32,000 nt of DNA. Origin: Prochlorococcus marinus subsp. pastoris str. CCMP1986. Its GTDB lineage: Bacteria > Cyanobacteriota > Cyanobacteriia > PCC-6307 > Cyanobiaceae. This document shows, piece by piece, positions 24,889 through 32,000 of the stretch (position 1 is the first letter of the stretch; the number at the start of each line of letters is the position of its first letter). The position numbers and the translations under genes were made by a program. The stretch covers positions 690,001-722,000 of the forward strand of contig NC_005072.1 in assembly GCF_000011465.1 (NCBI RefSeq), read 5' to 3'. Below the pieces are notes generated by a model that was not told the DNA's origin, searched no databases, and saw nothing but the letters and a program-made list of their open reading frames with translations.

Positions 24889-25962
24889 TTGACCAATAGT
24901 ATCAAAGGTAGAAATTCAAAAGAAGTTACAATTCAGCTAAAAAGGGCTGAAACCCAAAAAAATATATTAATAAAAAATATTTATAAAGAATATGAGACCT
25001 ATTTTGATATCGTTAGAAAATCTATGCTTATCTCTGCTAAAAAAGGTATAGCTGGCATTTATTCTGATTTTTCTATTAGTGATAAAGCATTGCATTCAAA
25101 AGAATTAAATATATTTTTAAACAAAAATATTAGTCTGCTTATCAATTCAAAACTTCCATTTATAACTATTGAACAACTTAAGTTGGGAGATATTAGTTAT
25201 CCTACAAAACAGTTAGTGAATGCAAGTGTCTTAAAAGAATTGGTAAAACGAAAAGAATATCAAACAGTTCATATTGATCATGAGAATGAAAAAACTGCTA
25301 ACGAATCCATTGAATTTCATTGCGATAACAATTTAAATACATATGAATATTATGAATCTTTAAGTGAAGATGAAATTTCTTCTGTAAACTTAGATGAAAG
25401 TTGTTATTTAAATTCTTTTTCTAAAGAAATAAGTATTGAAAATATTGAAGAAGGGAAACGTTTAGTTAATGCTTTCCTTGAATTAATAGAAGAAACAAGT
25501 GATAATAAACTAATTGATTATGAAAAAATAAATGATCAAGCCCCTGATGTTTTTATCTCAAGTGATAATTTAAATACTTTTGAATTTATTGATAAATCAT
25601 TTAGCAATTTTTTGTTGAATCTTTCATATAACATTAATTTAGAATTATTTAAAATAGAGTTAATAAAAAAAATTATAACTGAAGAAACTTTCAAATGTTT
25701 ATCAAATAATAATTCTATAATTAAACATCCATACCCTTTTGTTATTAGATATGATTTGTATCCAGATAATTTATATCCAAGAAAAAATAAGTCTTCTGAT
25801 GTTTATTTGTTTAATATAACTAATGTTGAATTAGAATTGTATAACTTAGATCTTTCAATCTGTAGAAATAATATAAATGATTTAAAAAATAGGTTTAAAT
25901 TATTAAATAAAAAGCAAAGATATTGGAAAAATAAGGAACTTGCCTCAAATAGTTCAAAGTAA
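24889..25962 (+). CDS. Hypothetical protein (357 aa), Asn/Ile/Lys/Glu-rich, no recognisable domain
   Basis: Long uninterrupted ORF in an AT-rich context. Begins at a TTG 5 nt after the tsf stop; the first in-frame ATG is at codon 45. Same strand as rpsB-tsf and recG. Confidence 0.6.
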   Translation: MTNSIKGRNSKEVTIQLKRAETQKNILIKNIYKEYETYFDIVRKSMLISAKKGIAGIYSDFSISDKALHSKELNIFLNKNISLLINSKLPFITIEQLKLGDISYPTKQLVNASVLKELVKRKEYQTVHIDHENEKTANESIEFHCDNNLNTYEYYESLSEDEISSVNLDESCYLNSFSKEISIENIEEGKRLVNAFLELIEETSDNKLIDYEKINDQAPDVFISSDNLNTFEFIDKSFSNFLLNLSYNINLELFKIELIKKIITEETFKCLSNNNSIIKHPYPFVIRYDLYPDNLYPRKNKSSDVYLFNITNVELELYNLDLSICRNNINDLKNRFKLLNKKQRYWKNKELASNSSK

Positions 25963-25991
25963 TTAAAATTTAAATTTATCTTGTTGATAAA

Positions 25992-28448
25992 GTGACTAAT
26001 AATGAAGAATATATTAATTTAATTAAGGATTGGATTAGACCACTTCAAAAAGCTCTTACGCTTGAATCAGAAAATAGATTTACTAATTTACTAGGAAAAA
26101 AACAATATTTTAATGATTATTTAAATAAGTCATTAAGTAATTTAAATAATTTGAAATTAACTAATGAATTTATTAAATTATTTGGTGAATTCTCAAGTAA
26201 ATATTCTGAATATAATGACTTAGACATCAAACAAAGAAAAAGATTAGTAATTGATACTAGAAAAGGTCTACTGAAATTGGGTAAATCTATTAATTTAAAT
26301 TATTCTAATAAATATACAGATAGTTATTATTCAAAAAACATAGATTCTAATCTATCCTTAAACTCAGACATTGGGTTAATAAAAAGTATTGGCAAGATTA
26401 ATAAAAATAAGTTAAATGAATTAGGTATATATTGTATAAAAGACATAATTAATTATTTTCCACGAACTTATCTAGATTATACAAATAGAGTTAAAATAAT
26501 TAATTTAAAACCTGATAATCTATATACCTGTATTGCAACTGTAAAAAAGTTTTACATTTATAAGAGTTCAAACAATAGTAATTTATCAATAATGAATATA
26601 GTGATATTTGATGAGACCTCCTCAATAAAAGTCACGAAATTTTTTTTAGGCAAGAGATTTAGATCTTATTCTTTTTTTTCTTCTCAGAAATCACTATATA
26701 TTCCAGGTACTAAATTAGCGATATCTGGTAAAGTCAAATTATCTGAGTATGGAAAAAATTTTGTAGACCCGCAGATAGAAATTTTAAATACAAATGAAGA
26801 ATCTTTTAATTTCTCTGGTAAGATTATGCCTTTATATTCGCTATCAGAATCATTCTCAAATTTAAGTTTTATAAGATTAATTAAAAGAGTAATTATTTAT
26901 TCAAAACAATATCCAGATATACTCAATCAAAAACAACTTAACTTTTTATCTTTAGTTTCAAAAAGTGATTCTTTAATAAATATTCATTTACCTGTAAATC
27001 AGAATGCTTTGATAGAGTCAAAAAAACGATTAGTTTTCGATGAACTATTTCTATTGCAAATGAAGTTTTTATTAAGAAAAAGGAAGAATAATAAAAAATT
27101 AACTATTCAAAAATCTATTAAAAAGAATTTTTTACTTAAAGATTTTTTAAATAAAGTTCCTTTTCAATTAACAAAATCTCAGGAAAAAGTACTTGATGAA
27201 ATTAAATCTGATTTATCAGATTTAACACCTATGTCGAGACTACTGCAAGGAGATGTTGGCAGTGGTAAAACTATTATTGCAATCGCAACTCTTTTAATTG
27301 AACTTGAAAAAGATCAACAAGGTGCATTAATGGTTCCGACTGAAGTACTTGCCACACAGCACTATAAAAATTTAATACAATTCTTGAACCCACTTTTAGT
27401 TTCTGTAGAACTTCTTACAGGTAATACCCCACAGAAAAAGAGAAAAGAAATACTTACAAACTTAAAAAATGGAATGGTAGATATTCTCGTAGGTACGCAT
27501 GCATTATTTGAAGATAAAGTAGTTTTTAATTCATTAGGGATGGTAGTCATAGATGAACAGCATAGGTTTGGTGTTACACAAAGAAATCGATTACTTAACA
27601 AAGGAGATAATACTAATTTATTATCAATGACAGCTACTCCCATACCTAGGACTCTCGCGTTGTCACTATATGGTGATTTAGATATTAGTCAGATTACAGA
27701 ACTCCCTCCAGGAAGAGTCCCAATAACAACAAAAATTATTTCAGAAGAAGAGTTAAATAAACTATTTAAACGTGTTGAGAATGAGATAGATAAAGGGAAG
27801 CAAGCTTATGTAATTTTGCCATTAATTGAAGATTCTGAAAAAATGAATTTAAGTTCTGCAAAAAAGATTTATCAATATTTATCAGAGGAAATTTTTTTAA
27901 AAAATAAGGTTGGACTATTACATGGAAAATTAAATTCTGAAGAGAAGAATAATGTCATTAATTCTTTTGTAAATAATGAAGTAAATATATTGGTCTCTAC
28001 CACAGTTATTGAGGTAGGAATTGATGTGCCTAATGCTTCAATTATGATTATTTATAATTCAGAAAGATTTGGTTTGTCTCAATTACACCAGTTACGAGGG
28101 AGAGTTGGGAGAGGATCCCAAAAATCATTTTGTTACTTAGTGACTTCTGAAAATAATGGATTAGAAAATAAAAGGTTACGTGTATTAGAAAAATCTAATG
28201 ATGGTTTTTATATCGCGGAAAAAGACTTGGAACTTAGAGGTCCTGGCCAACTCTTGGGATATAAGCAGTCGGGATTACCCGATTTTGTATTGGATAACTT
28301 ACCAAATAATAAAGTTTTAATTGAAAAGGCTAGAGAAGAGGCTCAAAGGGTATTAAAGGAAGATCCTGACTTAAGAGAAAATATTTTATTAAAAGATTTG
28401 CTAATAGATAATTCTAACAATAAATTTATTCATGACTTCTTAAATTAA
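25992..28448 (+). CDS. recG: ATP-dependent DNA helicase RecG
   Basis: 818-aa ORF. Helicase motif I GDVGSGKT, motif II VIDEQHRFG, motif VI QLRGRVGRG, C-terminal TRG-like region GPGQLLGYKQSG. GTG start at 25992, with an upstream in-frame stop at 25971. Confidence 0.95.
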   Translation: MTNNEEYINLIKDWIRPLQKALTLESENRFTNLLGKKQYFNDYLNKSLSNLNNLKLTNEFIKLFGEFSSKYSEYNDLDIKQRKRLVIDTRKGLLKLGKSINLNYSNKYTDSYYSKNIDSNLSLNSDIGLIKSIGKINKNKLNELGIYCIKDIINYFPRTYLDYTNRVKIINLKPDNLYTCIATVKKFYIYKSSNNSNLSIMNIVIFDETSSIKVTKFFLGKRFRSYSFFSSQKSLYIPGTKLAISGKVKLSEYGKNFVDPQIEILNTNEESFNFSGKIMPLYSLSESFSNLSFIRLIKRVIIYSKQYPDILNQKQLNFLSLVSKSDSLINIHLPVNQNALIESKKRLVFDELFLLQMKFLLRKRKNNKKLTIQKSIKKNFLLKDFLNKVPFQLTKSQEKVLDEIKSDLSDLTPMSRLLQGDVGSGKTIIAIATLLIELEKDQQGALMVPTEVLATQHYKNLIQFLNPLLVSVELLTGNTPQKKRKEILTNLKNGMVDILVGTHALFEDKVVFNSLGMVVIDEQHRFGVTQRNRLLNKGDNTNLLSMTATPIPRTLALSLYGDLDISQITELPPGRVPITTKIISEEELNKLFKRVENEIDKGKQAYVILPLIEDSEKMNLSSAKKIYQYLSEEIFLKNKVGLLHGKLNSEEKNNVINSFVNNEVNILVSTTVIEVGIDVPNASIMIIYNSERFGLSQLHQLRGRVGRGSQKSFCYLVTSENNGLENKRLRVLEKSNDGFYIAEKDLELRGPGQLLGYKQSGLPDFVLDNLPNNKVLIEKAREEAQRVLKEDPDLRENILLKDLLIDNSNNKFIHDFLN

Positions 28449-28506
28449 AACTTTTAATTGTTAATTTTTAAATTTATGCAAATATAAAATCAACAGACAA
28501 AGTTCA

Positions 28507-29193
28507 TTGAAAATTTGGAATGAGATCCCAATTGAAGAGAATAAAGAGAAATTAATTGCAATACCAAGTTGTTTTAAATTTATTAATCCTCATCCTTACT
28601 ATGATCTAGGTGCTCCTTATAATGAAAAAAAGTCCATTTGGAGATTAAGAGAAGAAGTTGTAAAGAGATTAATAAAAGTAAATGACTTTTTAAAATTAAA
28701 AAATAATAGTTTATCCCTTTTGATTTATGACAGTTGGCGTCCTATCGAAGTTCAAAAATTTATGTTTAATAGAGCTTTTATTTTGGAATGTGAAAGGCTA
28801 GATATTGATGCTTCTGAAAAAGATATGGAACGATATCCCATAGTTAAAAAAAATGTTGAGAAATTTTGGGCATATCCTTCGTTCGATGAAAGATGTCCAC
28901 CACCACATTCAACTGGAGGTGCTTTAGATATCACTTTGGCCGATATGTATGGAAATATTATATATATGGGAAGTAATATTGATCAGATGGATGATAAATC
29001 AAAACCAGATTTTTATAATAACATTGACAATGAAGATGCAATTATCTGGAATGATAGAAGAAAGTTACTAAAAGAAATTATGATTAAATTTGAATTTGCG
29101 CAGCATCCAAATGAGTGGTGGCATTTTAGTTATGGAGATCAACTATGGGCTTGGAAGAATAGAAAGCCTAATGCTTTGTATGGGAAAATATGA
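28507..29193 (+). CDS. ddpX: D-alanyl-D-alanine dipeptidase (VanX/DdpX, peptidase M15D)
   Basis: YDSWRPIEVQ, zinc ligands in PPPHSTGGALDITL, and the catalytic and zinc motif NEWWHFSYG. TTG start at 28507. Confidence 0.85.
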   Translation: MKIWNEIPIEENKEKLIAIPSCFKFINPHPYYDLGAPYNEKKSIWRLREEVVKRLIKVNDFLKLKNNSLSLLIYDSWRPIEVQKFMFNRAFILECERLDIDASEKDMERYPIVKKNVEKFWAYPSFDERCPPPHSTGGALDITLADMYGNIIYMGSNIDQMDDKSKPDFYNNIDNEDAIIWNDRRKLLKEIMIKFEFAQHPNEWWHFSYGDQLWAWKNRKPNALYGKI

Positions 29194-29196
29194 TAT

Positions 29197-30987
29197 TTAA
29201 TTTATCTCGCTTAGTAAATTTGTAATGAAAGATTCCGTTTGATTGTTAATAAAATCCCCAAAATCTTTTTCGGCGCTGCTTTTTTTCCATAATTCTAATA
29301 AAGGTTGAATGGTTCTTTCTAAATCATCAAGTTCCATTCTTTGCAAATATGGTTTAGCTAATCTTTGAAGGTTTTTACTTCCCCCCAACCATAGTTGATA
29401 TTTATTCTGCCCACTCCCAACAAGAGCTAATTCTGCCATATAAGGTCTTGTACATCCATTAGGACATCCTGTCATTCTAAATAATATTGTCTTTTCTATA
29501 TTCATATCAGTTAATAGGTTTTCTATTCTAGTTAGAACTTCAGGTAAAATTCTTTCAGCTTCGGTCATGGCTAGACCACAAAGAGGAAGTGCTGGACAAG
29601 CTAGAGCGTGTCTTTGAATTTCATTGATATCATTAAGATTGTCATATCCGATCTTTTTTAAGGCCTTTTTAATTTTGCTTTTGTTTTTATTGGGGATATT
29701 ACAAAGCAAAATATCTTGATTAGGAGTAAGTCTTAAATAAAGGTCATTTTCTTTAACAAGATCTCTTATTAATGATTTCTTCTTTCCAGAAAGCCTTCCT
29801 GATAATAAAGGTAGTCCAACAAAAAAATAATCTTCATTTTGTTTATGCCAACCTAGATAATCAATTAATTTATTCTCTGGTTCTTTTCTTAAAGGCTTAA
29901 TTTCTTTTCTAAAGTATTTATCTGAAAGTATTTTTTTAAACCATTTAATACCTTTTCTATGCAAAAGGTATTTCATTCTGGAATTTTTCCTTGATTTCCT
30001 ATCTCCATAATCTCTTTGAATGGCAACGATACTTTGGATTAGTTCATATGTGTCTTTATTTTCAACATAACCAAGTGGATCTGCAATTCTTGCAAAGGTC
30101 TCTTCATTATTATGAGTTCGCCCCATACCTCCACCGATGTAAAAATTACATCCTTCGAATGATCCTTCTTTTGAGGTGAACGCAACTATTCCAATATCAT
30201 TAGTGAGAAGGTCAACTGAATTATCACCTGGTACGGTAACAGCACATTTAAACTTTCTTGGTAAGTAGGTTGATCCATATAGAGGTTCTTTTTTAGTCCC
30301 GCTAAAAACATTCTCTTTGAACTGTAATTTCCTATTCTCTTCAATCTCTTTATCTGGTTTTATCGTGTATTCCAAATCCCCGTCAGCCCATAGCTCTAAA
30401 AAGGTTCCTTGCCCGGCCATAGGTGTTAAAAGATCAGCAACTTTTACTGCTAATGTTCTTGCGGTTATGTATTCTGCTGTTTCAAAAGGTGCGGCTGGAG
30501 CCATGACGTTTCTATTGATGTCCCCACAGGCAGCTAAAGTCGAGCCCATGGAATTTACAATAGATTTAATTACTTCCTTCAAATTATCTTTTCTGATCCC
30601 ATGCATTTGGAAGGCTTGTCTAGTTGTCACCCTGAGTGTGCCATTTCCAAGCTTATCAGATAACTCATCTAGAGATAGAAATAAATTTCCTGGGATTTCC
30701 CCACCTGGACTTCTTAGTCTAAGCATCATCTGCCAATCTTTACTTTTACCAGGTTTTCTATTCTCTCTATTATCTTGTTGATAACTTCCATGGAATTTTA
30801 ACAATTGAACGGCATCATTAGTAAAATGATCGCTTTCGTTTTTTAATTCGCTTGCAAGTGGCTCCTTGAGAAATTCGCTGCCTTTCTTGAAATTTTCAAA
30901 TTTAGAAACCTCTAGACCATTTGCCAAACAAACTATCTCTTGTTTCGCGATCTCTTTTTTCTTTTTTACTTTTTCAACCTTGATCAA
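29197..30987 (-). CDS. sir: Ferredoxin-sulfite reductase (siroheme/[4Fe-4S])
   Basis: 596-aa ORF. SKFENFKKGSEFLKEPLASEL...AVQLLKFHGSYQQDNRE N-terminal core. Cys cluster ACPALPLCGLA and TGCPNGCTRPY. At about 600 aa it fits Sir rather than the shorter NirA. The start is non-ATG (TTG 30987..30985, or an internal TTG just before ANGLEVSKF). Confidence 0.88.
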   Translation of the reverse strand: MIKVEKVKKKKEIAKQEIVCLANGLEVSKFENFKKGSEFLKEPLASELKNESDHFTNDAVQLLKFHGSYQQDNRENRKPGKSKDWQMMLRLRSPGGEIPGNLFLSLDELSDKLGNGTLRVTTRQAFQMHGIRKDNLKEVIKSIVNSMGSTLAACGDINRNVMAPAAPFETAEYITARTLAVKVADLLTPMAGQGTFLELWADGDLEYTIKPDKEIEENRKLQFKENVFSGTKKEPLYGSTYLPRKFKCAVTVPGDNSVDLLTNDIGIVAFTSKEGSFEGCNFYIGGGMGRTHNNEETFARIADPLGYVENKDTYELIQSIVAIQRDYGDRKSRKNSRMKYLLHRKGIKWFKKILSDKYFRKEIKPLRKEPENKLIDYLGWHKQNEDYFFVGLPLLSGRLSGKKKSLIRDLVKENDLYLRLTPNQDILLCNIPNKNKSKIKKALKKIGYDNLNDINEIQRHALACPALPLCGLAMTEAERILPEVLTRIENLLTDMNIEKTILFRMTGCPNGCTRPYMAELALVGSGQNKYQLWLGGSKNLQRLAKPYLQRMELDDLERTIQPLLELWKKSSAEKDFGDFINNQTESFITNLLSEIN

Positions 30988-31074
30988 GGGACCAAAACAT
31001 ATCTCTTTTTATACATTAGCGAAAAGCTTATTTAACTGGTAGTAAATTATAGTTGTAATAGCCATAAATTATTC

Positions 31075-32000
31075 TTGTCTAAATATTTACTTGAGATAGG
31101 AACAGAAGAGTTACCATCAAAATTTTCTCATTCTGTAATAAACCAAATCAACTCTCTTATAGAATTTGAATTTGATAAGAAAATTATCAAATTTAATAAT
31201 ATTATTTGCACATCCACACCAAGAAGAATAGTTCTATTTCTAGAGGGATTAGTTGATCATGCGGATGATAAGACAGTAATAAGAAAAGGTCCAAAAGCTA
31301 ATTCTGCATTTCTTAATGGCATACCAACTAATGCTGCTATAGGTTTTGCAAATAGTTTAGGAATTACTATAGATGACTTAGAAATAAGAGAAACAGAAAA
31401 GGGTGAGTTTGTATTTGGAACAAAAATTGAGAAAGGAGAATCTACAAGATCTTCTTTATCTTCAATAATCCCTAAAGTAATAAAAAATTTGCAAGGCCCT
31501 CGTTTTATGAAATGGGGAGGTGGAAGCTTTAAATTTTCAAGACCAATCAGATGGATAGTCTCACTCTACAACGATGAAATTCTTGATTTTGAATTTAATG
31601 AATGTGATCCTAAGATTTCCATAGGCAATACATCAAAAAGTCATAGATTAATTAATAAAGTTATTGAAATACATTCTCCAGATAATTATTTTGAATTAAT
31701 GGCTAAGAATGGAGTTTTTGTTAAAAGAGAAGAAAGAAAAAAAGAAATTGTTAATCTCATAAATCAGGAATCTCAATTGGTGAATTTAGAGCCTGATCTT
31801 TCTGATAATTTACTTAACGAATTAACTGATTTAGTTGAGTCTGCTAATTTATTAACTAGTAACTTTGATAAGCAATTTCTTAATTTGCCTGTTGAGGTTC
31901 TCTCAACTGTAATGAAAAATCACCAAAGATATATTCCTCTTCTTAAAAAAAATAAAACATTTTCTAAATTAGATTTGAGTTCTGAAAAAGTTATAAGTAC
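31075..32000 (+). CDS. glyS: Glycine-tRNA ligase beta subunit. N-terminal about 308 codons; continues beyond the window.
   Basis: Translation from TTG 31075 gives (M)SKYLLEIGTEELPSKFSHSV...TPRRIVLFLEGL...GPRFMKWGGGSFKFSRPIRWIVSLY, which is canonical GlyS. An in-frame stop at 31066..31068 leaves TTG as the only plausible start before the conserved LLEIGTEELP. Confidence 0.92.
   Translation, partial: MSKYLLEIGTEELPSKFSHSVINQINSLIEFEFDKKIIKFNNIICTSTPRRIVLFLEGLVDHADDKTVIRKGPKANSAFLNGIPTNAAIGFANSLGITIDDLEIRETEKGEFVFGTKIEKGESTRSSLSSIIPKVIKNLQGPRFMKWGGGSFKFSRPIRWIVSLYNDEILDFEFNECDPKISIGNTSKSHRLINKVIEIHSPDNYFELMAKNGVFVKREERKKEIVNLINQESQLVNLEPDLSDNLLNELTDLVESANLLTSNFDKQFLNLPVEVLSTVMKNHQRYIPLLKKNKTFSKLDLSSEKVIS

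Noticed and set aside
27362-30781. Antisense ORFs 27362..27643 (in recG), 28752..28934 (in ddpX), and 29991..30179 and 30317..30781 (in sir; the last is 154 aa)
   Set aside because: Each is embedded opposite a gene with intact catalytic motifs. The 154-aa one lies in the most GC-rich part of sir, where antisense stops are rare. None has a recognisable domain.
1-32000. Looked for tRNA/rRNA genes, CRISPR repeat-spacer arrays, IS/transposase or integrase genes, and long direct repeats flanking the islet
   Set aside because: I could see no regularly spaced repeats, no T-loop-like GTTCRAnYC contexts with acceptor stems, and no transposase or integrase-like ORFs by eye. A tRNAscan/Infernal run and a self dot-plot would be needed to be definitive, including for Yfr-type cyanobacterial sRNAs, which I cannot recognise from memory.

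Overview
Very AT-rich chromosomal segment (roughly 30% G+C by eye). The gene content points to a marine picocyanobacterium, most likely a high-light-adapted Prochlorococcus marinus-like genome: petN, thf1/psb29, pcyA, ferredoxin-sulfite reductase, devBCA, clpP, ftsH, rpsB-tsf, recG and glyS. Layout: (i) 1-5545, a tightly coupled four-gene minus-strand 'ligase-associated DNA damage response' cassette, in transcription order MBL-fold exonuclease, ATP-dependent DNA ligase, Lhr-like DExH helicase and PdeM phosphoesterase. (ii) 5582-12211, an islet of about 16 small, mostly uncharacterised genes in mixed orientation. It includes an IF2_N-domain protein, a DUF2130-like zinc-ribbon/coiled-coil/nuclease-like protein, an RHH-like protein, several small membrane or secreted proteins, and a family of small helical paralogs, one of which is missing from the ORF track. 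(iii) 12343-32000, core housekeeping genes. I found no rRNA, tRNA, CRISPR array or recognisable transposase/integrase. Four plausible genes lie below the ORF-track length cutoff: petN, a 58-aa membrane protein, a 58-aa paralog and a 49-aa basic protein. Other recurring traits are many non-ATG (mostly TTG) starts, extreme gene packing with shared-stop TTAA overlaps, and a structured rpsB 5' leader. All domain and family calls come from motif recognition by eye. No database search was run.
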